Origin: an uncultured Methanosarcina sp. | Lineage (GTDB): Archaea > Halobacteriota > Methanosarcinia > Methanosarcinales > Methanosarcinaceae | DNA length: 64,000 nucleotides | Assembly: GCA_965601435.1 (NCBI GenBank) | Contig: CBFCWE010000009.1 | Coordinates: 2,467 to 66,466, forward strand | Direction: 5' to 3' | Shown here: positions 9,813 to 17,550 of the stretch, piece after piece | How positions within the stretch are numbered: the stretch's first letter is position 1 | How the letters are laid out: the number at the start of each line of letters is the position of its first letter | Made by a program: the position numbers and the translations under genes | Notes under the pieces: generated by a model | What the model saw: only the letters and a program-made list of their open reading frames with translations | What the model was told of the DNA's origin: nothing | Databases searched by the model: none

Positions 9813-9861
9813 AATCGAAAAAAACCTGCCATGGATAAAAATTTAAGAAACCAACCCTTCA

Positions 9862-9978
9862 ATGGTTTTTCCTGCAATGGTTTTTCCTGCAATGGTTTTT
9901 CCTGCAATGGTTTATCCTGCAATAATCATTCCTGCAATACCCCCCTGCAATAATTATTTCTGCAATGTTTTTCCTGCA
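9862..9978. repeat. Tandem array of eight ~15-bp units with the conserved core CCTGCAAT
   Basis: Units are ATGGTTTTTCCTGCA x3, ATGGTTTATCCTGCA, ATAATCATTCCTGCA, ATACCCCCCTGCA, ATAATTATTTCTGCA and ATGTTTTTCCTGCA. The array ends 44 nt before the ATG at 10022, directly upstream of a TATA-like CTTTTATACC. Confidence 0.9.
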
Positions 9979-10021
9979 ATGCTCTTTTATACCCTCAGGA
10001 GAATTTGTATTGGGGGATATA

Positions 10022-10663
10022 ATGAAAATTCTTTACATTTATGCACAACAGGAACCAACTTCCTTTAATGCTTCCCTGAAAGACACTGCCCTTGCCGCTC
10101 TGAAGGAAAAGGGCTATGAAGTTGAGCTTTCGGACCTTTACGCAATGAACTTCAATCCCGTGCTTACCGGGGAAGACTTCACGAAACGGAAAAAGCCGGA
10201 CGTTTTCAAGCCTTTCCTCGAGGCAATAAACGCTGTTAAGACCGGGGCTTTTGCCCCCGACATCCTGACAGAAATGGAGAAGGTAAAATGGGCAGACCTC
10301 CTGATTTTCCAGTTCCCGATCTACTTTACGTCCATGCCTGCAATCATGAAAGGCTGGATCGACCGGGTCCTGGCTCCGGGTTTTGGCTTCAACCCGATTA
10401 CGAACAGTGCTTACGAAACGGGGCTCCTGAAAGGAAAATCAGCAATGATTGTCACCACATCCGGGGCTTCACAGGAATGGTACTCGGAAGGAGGAGAACA
10501 CGGGGACCTGAACAAACACCTGGAATCCGTCACCCACTGCGTCTTTGAGTACATGGGAATGCAGGTACTGCCGTCCCACATTATCTATGAGGTGAGCGGC
10601 TTTTCCAAAGAGAAAGGAGCCGAAGAGCTGGAAAAGTACAGGCAGAGGCTGCTTGAACTCTGA
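10022..10663 (+). CDS. Flavodoxin-like-fold NAD(P)H dehydrogenase (quinone), NQO1/MdaB-like
   Basis: Start moved to the ATG giving MKILYIYAQQEPTSFNASLKD, because the upstream part of the ORF is a translation of the repeat array. WADLLIFQFPIYFTSMPAIMKGWIDRV is typical of this family. Confidence 0.75.
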   Translation: MKILYIYAQQEPTSFNASLKDTALAALKEKGYEVELSDLYAMNFNPVLTGEDFTKRKKPDVFKPFLEAINAVKTGAFAPDILTEMEKVKWADLLIFQFPIYFTSMPAIMKGWIDRVLAPGFGFNPITNSAYETGLLKGKSAMIVTTSGASQEWYSEGGEHGDLNKHLESVTHCVFEYMGMQVLPSHIIYEVSGFSKEKGAEELEKYRQRLLEL

Positions 10664-11042
10664 AGAAACGGGATCCGAAATATCCAACCCTGAAGTATTC
10701 AACTGATATCATCGGCCTTATCAAAAATACGCAGGAAGGGTCCCTACAGGATTTTGAAGGAGATAGGGACCTGATGCCCTGCATCCGGCTAACGACTTCG
10801 CCCTCTTCAAGCCGTTTTCGCTCAGGAAAACGGTCTTGAAAACCAGTCTTGAAAACAAGCTCTTTTTTCCAAAAAACTTTAAAAATCACAATTTTCAAAA
10901 ATCTCAATTTTGTTGTTACTGTTGCGGCATCCAGAAGTTATTTTGATATTTTAATTAAAAAATAGCGTCGCTGCAAATTTTTATAAAAATTGAAAGAAAG
11001 ATTTTAGAATCTCGTGTTTTAATAAAAACCTTTATTAACCGT

Positions 11043-11060
11043 TATGTATGTTGAAACATA
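11043..11060. promoter_or_regulatory. Palindromic TATGT-N8-ACATA site upstream of modA
   Basis: TATGTatgttgaaACATA lies ~45 bp upstream of a TATA-like AAAATTTATACAC (about 11103-11115). The same motif recurs three times upstream of fmdE. Confidence 0.4.
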
Positions 11061-11133
11061 TCCCTTGAACTCTAAACTGAAAAAGCCCATAAAAATTACA
11101 ATCAAAATTTATACACTGAAATGAGGTTCCCGG

Positions 11134-11961
11134 ATGAAAAAAGTTTGTACATTTGTTTTAATTCTGGTTCTGGTTTTTGCAGCATCGGTATCCGGCTGCA
11201 GCGAGAAGAAAGCAGCAGGTGCAGAGGGTGCAGTTGCAAAAAACCCGGACATGCCGTTTGAAGGACAAAGCCTCACTGTCTGCTCAGGGGCCGGACTTAT
11301 CAAACCCATGAACGAACTGGTCAGGAACTTTGAAAACGAAACCGGAGCCGACATTCAGGTCCGGTACGGTGGAAGTGCCGAGATCTTCGGGATCCTGGCT
11401 GCGCAGGAATGCGACGTTTTCATTCCGGGGGCTTACTACTACACGGAACAGGCAATGGGCAAGCATTATGTCCTGAACGAAAGCGTCCAAAACGTAACCC
11501 TGCATGTCCCTGTGATTGCGGTTCCTTACGGGAACCCCGGAAACATAGGGAAACTTGAAGACTTTGCAAACCCGGGAGTGGAACTGGCTCTGGGAGACCC
11601 GAACGGGCCGGCCATTGGGAAGGTTTCGGAGAAAATATGTTCACAGACAGGTATTCTCCCTGAAGTGGAGAATAACACGATTGTCCGGACCACAACGGTA
11701 AACCAGCTCCTGATTTATGTTGTTACCGGGGAAGTCGACGCGACCATAATCTGGGAGGATATGGGAAGCTGGGGAGAAGCAAACGGGAAACTGGAACTGG
11801 TCCCGATCCCCGAAGAACAGAATTCCATAAAGACCATCCCCACGGCGGTTTCCGTTTATACGAAAGAACCCGAACTTGCAGAAGCGTTTAACAATTATAT
11901 AGCAGGAGAAGAAGCTGAAGGGACCTGGGAAAAATGGGGCTTTGAGCCATGCAGTCCGTAA
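11134..11961 (+). CDS. modA: Molybdate ABC transporter substrate-binding lipoprotein
   Basis: Signal peptide with lipobox (AASVSGC). The pattern LTVCSGAGLIKPMNEL...VRYGGSAEIFGILAAQECDVFIPGA is ModA-like PBP2. Confidence 0.75.
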   Translation: MKKVCTFVLILVLVFAASVSGCSEKKAAGAEGAVAKNPDMPFEGQSLTVCSGAGLIKPMNELVRNFENETGADIQVRYGGSAEIFGILAAQECDVFIPGAYYYTEQAMGKHYVLNESVQNVTLHVPVIAVPYGNPGNIGKLEDFANPGVELALGDPNGPAIGKVSEKICSQTGILPEVENNTIVRTTTVNQLLIYVVTGEVDATIIWEDMGSWGEANGKLELVPIPEEQNSIKTIPTAVSVYTKEPELAEAFNNYIAGEEAEGTWEKWGFEPCSP

Positions 11962-12770
11962 GAAAAACCTGCGTAAGAAAAACTTGCGTAAGGAATTCCT
12001 GGTTCAGGAATGCCACAATCGGCATCTCCTTTTTCTTCACATTTTTGCTTTTCCTGGCCGTGGGGACCCTGCTTCTCGTCCTGAAGCCTTCCGAACTCCT
12101 CTCGGCCCTAATGTCGGAAGAGATGCTTTATTCCATGGAGCTGTCGGTACTCACAGCCTCCATTTCGACATTTTCGGTTATGTGCTGCTCCATCCCTACA
12201 GCCTATGCCCTTTCTCGTTTTTCCTTTCCGGGAAAAAGCCTGGTAAAAACCATTCTCGGGCTTCCCATGGCATTTCCGGAACTCGTGCTCGGGCTTGCCC
12301 TGTTGCTCCTCTTCGGACAGGGCTTTCTGGGACCGTTCCTCGATACCCTGGGAATAAGGGTGCCTTTCAGCAAACTCGGGATAGTGGTTGCACAGTTTTT
12401 CATAGCTTTTCCCTATGCAGTCCGGGTAATCTACTCCACGTTCGAGGACATAAACCCCAGGTACGAGCAGGTTTCCAGGAGTTTCGGATACGGGGAATTC
12501 GAAACCTTCAGGAACGTAACCCTCCCAATGGCAAGGAGCGGGCTTTTTGCCTCGGCAGTGATAACCTTTGCCCGCTGCATAGGAGCTTTCGGAGCCGTGC
12601 TGATCCTTGCAGGGGGCTCGTACATGCACACCGAAGTCCTCCCCGTGACCCTTTACCTGAACATTTCCTACGGGAACCTGGAAATGGCAATCACAAGCGG
12701 AGTCCTGCTGATGTTGATCGCTTTCCTGGCAATCCTGAGTTTCGAACATTTTGAGGGAGGGAGCCTGTGA
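11949..12770 (+). CDS. modB: Molybdate ABC transporter permease
   Basis: Overlaps the modA stop. Polytopic membrane protein with a type-1 ABC permease core (...LGLPMAFPELVLGLALLLLFG..., ...SRSFGYGEFETFRNVTLPMARSGL...). The exact start is uncertain. Confidence 0.75.
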   Translation: MQSVRKTCVRKTCVRNSWFRNATIGISFFFTFLLFLAVGTLLLVLKPSELLSALMSEEMLYSMELSVLTASISTFSVMCCSIPTAYALSRFSFPGKSLVKTILGLPMAFPELVLGLALLLLFGQGFLGPFLDTLGIRVPFSKLGIVVAQFFIAFPYAVRVIYSTFEDINPRYEQVSRSFGYGEFETFRNVTLPMARSGLFASAVITFARCIGAFGAVLILAGGSYMHTEVLPVTLYLNISYGNLEMAITSGVLLMLIAFLAILSFEHFEGGSL

Positions 12771-13990
12771 GTTTCCTTGAAGTAAACAGCCTGCACCTCA
12801 ACGTGGGAGGCTTCGAACTGAGCGGCATAAGCTTGGAGGCAAAAAAAGGAGATTATGTGGCACTGACAGGCCCTTCGGGCAGCGGAAAATCCCTCCTGCT
12901 CGAAACCGTAATAGGCTTTTATGCCCCGAAGAAAGGCAGTATATTCCTGGAAGGCAGGGATATTACGGCGCTTCCCCCTGACAAAAGGCAGATCAGCATT
13001 GTCTACCAGGACCACATGCTCTTTCCCCACATGGACGTTTTTGAAAATATCGCATACGCTCTCCGGAAAAAGCTCAGGGACAAAAAACAGATAGAAACCG
13101 AAGTCCGGCAGATAGCCGGAATCCTGGGAATTGACGGCCTTCTCCACAGGAAACCCACCACCCTGAGCGGAGGGGAAAAACAAAGAGCAGCCCTTGCGAG
13201 AAGCCTGGTCGTCCGCCCGAAACTCCTCCTCCTGGACGAGCCCTTCAGTGCCCTCGACATGCGAAACAGAGAAAACATGAGGGAAGTCCTGAAAAAAGCC
13301 ATCCGCGAATACCGGACCACCGTGCTCCAGGTGACCCATGACTTTGACGATATCTGGAGCCTCGCAAACAGGGTGGTCATCATAAGAAACGGAGAAGTAA
13401 TGCAGGAAGGAGACCCCGAATCCGTATTCAGGCGCCCGTCTCCTGACTTTGTTGCGGATTTCCTGGGCACCAACGTGCTGAAGGGAAAAGTCAGGGCTCT
13501 CGAAGGAAAACTCACGGTGCTTGAAATCCAAAGCTCGAACGATATCAAGGGTACAAACCAGATCCAGATATTAGACCATAATCAAAACCAGAACAAGGCC
13601 CAGAAACAAAAACAGGTACAGAGCCAGGGCCATAGCTTTGAGATCTATTCCGCCGACTCTGCCGAGCCCGGAGAAGAAGTAAGCATTTCCATCCGCCCGG
13701 AGGAAATAATCCTTGCAAGGGGAGCCGTGGAAAGTTCTGCCCGAAACACAGTGAAGGGAATAGTTACTGGAATTTCCAAAAAGGAACACCTTGTCCTGGT
13801 CGAAATGGAAATCGGAAATTCGAGTTCAGGAAATTCGAGTTCAGGAAATTCGAGTTCAGGAAATTCTGGTTCAGGGACTTCGGAGCTAAAAGCCGTAGTA
13901 ACACCCACATCGTGCGAACTGCTGGACCTGGGGATCGGAAAGGAAATTTATGCCGTATTCAAAGCCGCAAATGCCAGAATAATACGCTAA
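12767..13990 (+). CDS. modC: Molybdate ABC transporter ATP-binding protein with C-terminal TOBE/Mop-type domain carrying low-complexity insertions
   Basis: GTGA overlap with the modB stop. Walker A GPSGSGKS, signature LSGGEKQR, Walker B LLLLDEP. The C-terminal SARNTVKGIVTGI...AVFKAANARII is TOBE-like. Confidence 0.85.
   Translation: MSFLEVNSLHLNVGGFELSGISLEAKKGDYVALTGPSGSGKSLLLETVIGFYAPKKGSIFLEGRDITALPPDKRQISIVYQDHMLFPHMDVFENIAYALRKKLRDKKQIETEVRQIAGILGIDGLLHRKPTTLSGGEKQRAALARSLVVRPKLLLLDEPFSALDMRNRENMREVLKKAIREYRTTVLQVTHDFDDIWSLANRVVIIRNGEVMQEGDPESVFRRPSPDFVADFLGTNVLKGKVRALEGKLTVLEIQSSNDIKGTNQIQILDHNQNQNKAQKQKQVQSQGHSFEIYSADSAEPGEEVSISIRPEEIILARGAVESSARNTVKGIVTGISKKEHLVLVEMEIGNSSSGNSSSGNSSSGNSGSGTSELKAVVTPTSCELLDLGIGKEIYAVFKAANARIIR
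13814..13873 (+). repeat. In-frame 15-bp tandem repeat (x4) inside modC, encoding (GNSSS)n
   Basis: GGAAATTCGAGTTCA x3 plus GGAAATTCTGGTTCA, translated as GNSSSGNSSSGNSSSGNSGS. Confidence 0.9.
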
Positions 13991-14119
13991 TCGGAATTAA
14001 AGAATACTCTAACCTAAATTCAAGATACGTCAATCGGAATCAAAGAACCAGAAATTCAGGAAATAGAATGTGATATAAGAATCAAAAGAACAGGGAGCAA
14101 AGGAAGCAGGAGCCAGACC

Positions 14120-14917
14120 ATGATCGATCTTTTTGAACTGTACTTTTTTGAGGACTGCCCCTATCAGGACGAAAGCGCAGAACTGCTAAAGCTTGAAGGA
14201 AAAGGAACTCTCAAAATCCGGACCAGGGAAGCCGGGGTCTGCGCCTGTGCGGAAGACCTGGCCGAATATTACGAAAAAAAGGGCCTGAAGGTCCTGAAAT
14301 ACCTCAGGGACGGGGAGAAATTCGAGCCCCATGACAGCATATTCGAAGCCGAAGGAGACCTTAAAACCCTTTTCAAATTCTGGAGGGTTTCCCAGACCTT
14401 CCTCACCGTCATGTGTGCCATAGCAAGCAAAACCTCAACTTTTGTAAACGCATCCAGAAAAGAAAACCCGGACGTAATAATCGCAGCAAGCAGGAAAACC
14501 CACCCCGGAGCCCGCAGGTTCGAGACCAAAGCCATAAGGGCAGGAGGAGGAGACGTCCACAGAAACTCCCTCAGCGATTCCATCCAGCTCAGCCAGAACC
14601 ACCTGGAAGTGGCAGGGGAACTGAAAAAACTCCGCGCCCTGAAAAAGATAGAAATCGAACCCAGGTCCAGGGAAGAAGCCTTCAAATTCGCCGAAATGTC
14701 CGACATCATGCTCCTTGACCACCTTTCCCCTGAAGAACTCCGGGAACTGGGACCCGAACTCAAGAAACTCAACCCGAAACTCGAACTCGCTGTTGGAGGC
14801 ATAAAGGCAGATAAGATTCCCGAATACGCGCCTTTCGTGGACATCATAGTTTCGAGTGCCCCGTATTATGCACAGCCCCTTGACTTTACGACGAAGATCG
14901 AGAGAATAGGGAACTAA
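14120..14917 (+). CDS. modD: ModD protein (quinolinate phosphoribosyltransferase-family, molybdenum-utilisation associated)
   Basis: N-terminal FEDCPYQDESAELL and ...SRKTHPGARRFETKAIRAGGGDVHR... match the QPRTase/ModD fold. Located directly after modABC. Confidence 0.7.
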   Translation: MIDLFELYFFEDCPYQDESAELLKLEGKGTLKIRTREAGVCACAEDLAEYYEKKGLKVLKYLRDGEKFEPHDSIFEAEGDLKTLFKFWRVSQTFLTVMCAIASKTSTFVNASRKENPDVIIAASRKTHPGARRFETKAIRAGGGDVHRNSLSDSIQLSQNHLEVAGELKKLRALKKIEIEPRSREEAFKFAEMSDIMLLDHLSPEELRELGPELKKLNPKLELAVGGIKADKIPEYAPFVDIIVSSAPYYAQPLDFTTKIERIGN

Positions 14918-14950
14918 AGTTGAAGGCAGCAGCAAAAGAAGAAAGCTAAA

Positions 14951-15029
14951 ATCAACAGCTAAGGCCAACAGTTAAAACCAATAGCTTAAGCCAATAGATA
15001 AAGGGAATGAACAAAGCCAACAGATAAAG
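14951..15029. repeat. Degenerate 13-14-bp tandem repeat in the modD/DUF364 junction
   Basis: ATCAACAGCTAAG, GCCAACAGTTAAAA, CCAATAGCTTAAG, CCAATAGATAAAG ... GCCAACAGATAAAG. Confidence 0.7.
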
Positions 15030-15037
15030 GTGACCAT

Positions 15038-15865
15038 ATGACAGGCAACGAAAAAAAGTATGAAACCGGAGCCGTACCTGCCCTTGTAAACGAACTCAGG
15101 GAGAACTTCGGGCCTGCCCTTGAAAAAATAAAAGCCGAAGACGTCCGCATAGGCCTTGCCTACACCGGAGTTATGCTCTCGGATGGCTACGGAGGCGTGG
15201 CCTGCACTCCACTTTACGATTTTTCCGGCTGCCCTGCCCTGGGTTTTGCAGGCAGGCTGAAAGGAAGTTCCGCAAACACCCTGCTCGAACTAGCCCTCTC
15301 GAAAAACCACCTTGAAGCAGCCGTAGGAATCGCAGCCGCAAACGCCCTTTCCCACATGCACCTGGACCGAAAGCCCGAAAACTTCCCGGCTTCGGGACCT
15401 GACACGGAACTTGACGTCCTTGACCTCATCAACCCCGGAGACAGGGTTGCAATGGTGGGCTATTTCGCCCCCATGATCCCCAGTATTTCGAAAAAAGCCG
15501 GGAGCCTGACCGTCCTTGAAAAGCGGGAAATCGAATCCCCAAAAGTAAAAACCCTGCCCTCGGAAAAGGCAGAAGAAGTCCTCCCCGCCTCCGACGTAAT
15601 AATTCTCAGTGCCAGCACCCTTGCCAACGGCACACTGGATGAGCTCCTGAACTTTGCAGCCTCCGGGGAGGCAAGAGAAGTTATACTGCTTGGGCCGAGT
15701 GCACCCCTCTACCCGAAGCCTTTCTTTGAACGTGGGGTTACGGCAGTAATGGGGACAAAAATTACCGATTCGAAGAATATGCATACAGTGCTTAGCGAGG
15801 CAGGGGGAACTAAGAAGTTACATAGGTGCTGTGGAGAGAAGGTGGCTTTCAGGAAAAAGCACTAA
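15038..15865 (+). CDS. DUF4213/DUF364-family protein (putative heavy-metal chelation, Rossmann-like)
   Basis: IGLAYTGVMLSDGYGGVACT (DUF4213-like N-domain) plus VAMVGYFAPMI...SDVIILSASTLANGTLDELL...ILLGPSAPL (DUF364-like). Confidence 0.6.
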   Translation: MTGNEKKYETGAVPALVNELRENFGPALEKIKAEDVRIGLAYTGVMLSDGYGGVACTPLYDFSGCPALGFAGRLKGSSANTLLELALSKNHLEAAVGIAAANALSHMHLDRKPENFPASGPDTELDVLDLINPGDRVAMVGYFAPMIPSISKKAGSLTVLEKREIESPKVKTLPSEKAEEVLPASDVIILSASTLANGTLDELLNFAASGEAREVILLGPSAPLYPKPFFERGVTAVMGTKITDSKNMHTVLSEAGGTKKLHRCCGEKVAFRKKH

Positions 15866-15951
15866 AAAGTCCGCTAACGTTCAGGAAAAGTAACATGTTA
15901 GCCGTTTTTACTCGAAATTTTAGTCCCCGGGAAAGTTAAATCGTATAGATT

Positions 15952-15998
15952 TCTGATCCCCACGCTCTCACCGGTCGTCGAAGACGACCGGCTTTTCC
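15952..15998 (-). repeat. Intergenic hairpin repeat, copy D (left flank of the ATPase-PIN cassette)
   Basis: The reverse complement reads GGAAAAGCCGGTCGTCTTCGACGACCGGTGAGAGCGTGGGGATCAGA, with a 9-bp perfect stem CCGGTCGTC/GACGACCGG. Confidence 0.7.
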
Positions 15999-16239
15999 AG
16001 AAGAAAATTGAAAAAAAAACCGCTGTCAAAAGCGATCCTTACATATGAAAAACAGAACTTAATGTCCCTGCCTGCTTTTAAGATTGGTACTGCTTTATCT
16101 TAACAAAGTCCTGAATTCTGAAAAACCAGCTTTATCCCCTAAATATAAATGCTTGAAGGAAGTAAATTTGATCCTTGAGAAAAAGCTTCGAGGTTCAAAG
16201 GTTCAAAAATGAGCCATTCATGGTATGAGGAAAAAGAGC

Positions 16240-17550
16240 ATGATCACTTCATTCTCTATTAAAAATTTTAAAAGCTACCGGACCGCTGAGATGCATTTCG
16301 CCCCCCTTACCCTGTTTATCGGCGCAAACGCTTCAGGAAAAAGCAATGCTCTGGAAGCAATTCGTCTTCTATCCTGGATGGCTGGAGGAGGACGTTTAGA
16401 TGATATTGAAAGGGGAATGAAAGAGGTAGATCCGTTTGTACGCGGACAGCCTTTAGACCTGTTCAGAAATACAAAAAAAGGATTTGAAATCGGCTGCCAG
16501 ATTGACGGCATTGAAGAAGATTGGGACAGGTTATCACTGGAAATCAGCCTGATTAAAGATCACCTGATTATTACCGGAGAATCGGTCTCAAAAGATTCTG
16601 AGTCACTTCCTCTATATACCGTAGACAGCAAACCCAATGCTCATACAGATGAAATCAGGGTCAAGTACAACAACTTCAGCAAAGGAAAAAATAAACCGCA
16701 TATTCCCTGTTCAAATAAACAGGCAATATTTTACCAGCTAGAAACCCCAGCACGTTTTGCTAAATCCCACGAGAAATCACAGAAAATCATCCCTTCTGTC
16801 GTCAAAGGAATTCGAGAAACTCTCAGAAATGTGGTATTTCTTGATCCCCGGCCCGCAGAGATGCGCGATTATTCTTATGCAAAAGATGACAAGATGAAGG
16901 AAGATGGATCAAATTTGTCCAGTGTTATTTATAAAATATGGAATGGAGATCCTGCGGATAAAGGCAAATTGCTTGAATTCGTCCGATCCCTTCCGGAACA
17001 GGACATTAAAGATATTAGCTTCATCGAAACGGGCCGCAACGATGTCATGGTCCGGCTGGTTGAATCTTTTGGCAATGCAGACAATGAAGTTGATGCCCCC
17101 ATGCTTTCAGATGGAACACTGCGAGTTCTGGCAGTGGGTGCAACGCTTCTAAGTGCACCCCGGGGGTCCCTGGTCATTATAGAAGAGATCGATAATGGAG
17201 TGCACCCAAGCCGTGCTGACAGCCTTATCCGACAAATTAGAAAAATATCAGAAGAAAGAGGACTGAGGGTACTGCTGACTTCTCATAATCCCGCCTTACT
17301 TGATGCCCTACCAGATGACTCACTGGGAGATGTCCTGTGCTGCTACCGGGACCCGGAAGAAGGAGACAGCCGGATTGTGCGCTTGAGTGATCTGGACCGT
17401 TATCCCGAACTTGTTGCTCAGGGCTCGCTGGGGCAACTGATGACAAAAAATGTGCTAGATCGTTATATAAAAGACAAAACCACTTCAGAAGAAAGAAAAA
17501 GTGAAGCACTCTCCTGGCTGAACGAATTGAAAAAAGAGGTGCCTGAATGA
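16240..17550 (+). CDS. ABC-type (AAA_21/AAA_15-like, RecF/SMC-related) ATPase, soluble
   Basis: Walker A GANASGKSN, signature-like LSDGTLRVL, Walker B LVIIEEID, H-loop LLTSHNP. The N-terminus MITSFSIKNFKSY is typical of this clade. The ORF could also start at 16225. Confidence 0.75.
   Translation: MITSFSIKNFKSYRTAEMHFAPLTLFIGANASGKSNALEAIRLLSWMAGGGRLDDIERGMKEVDPFVRGQPLDLFRNTKKGFEIGCQIDGIEEDWDRLSLEISLIKDHLIITGESVSKDSESLPLYTVDSKPNAHTDEIRVKYNNFSKGKNKPHIPCSNKQAIFYQLETPARFAKSHEKSQKIIPSVVKGIRETLRNVVFLDPRPAEMRDYSYAKDDKMKEDGSNLSSVIYKIWNGDPADKGKLLEFVRSLPEQDIKDISFIETGRNDVMVRLVESFGNADNEVDAPMLSDGTLRVLAVGATLLSAPRGSLVIIEEIDNGVHPSRADSLIRQIRKISEERGLRVLLTSHNPALLDALPDDSLGDVLCCYRDPEEGDSRIVRLSDLDRYPELVAQGSLGQLMTKNVLDRYIKDKTTSEERKSEALSWLNELKKEVPE

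Noticed and set aside
9862-10068. A 68-aa ORF translating as MVFPAMVFPAMVFPAMVYPA...
   Set aside because: It is simply the 15-bp tandem array read in frame. It runs into the real start of the quinone-reductase-like gene in another frame, and has no coding signal.
11942-12754. A 270-aa ORF in an alternative frame over modB.
   Set aside because: The translation is Pro/Arg/Gly-rich and non-membrane-like. The overlapping frame (11949-12770) gives a proper ABC permease.
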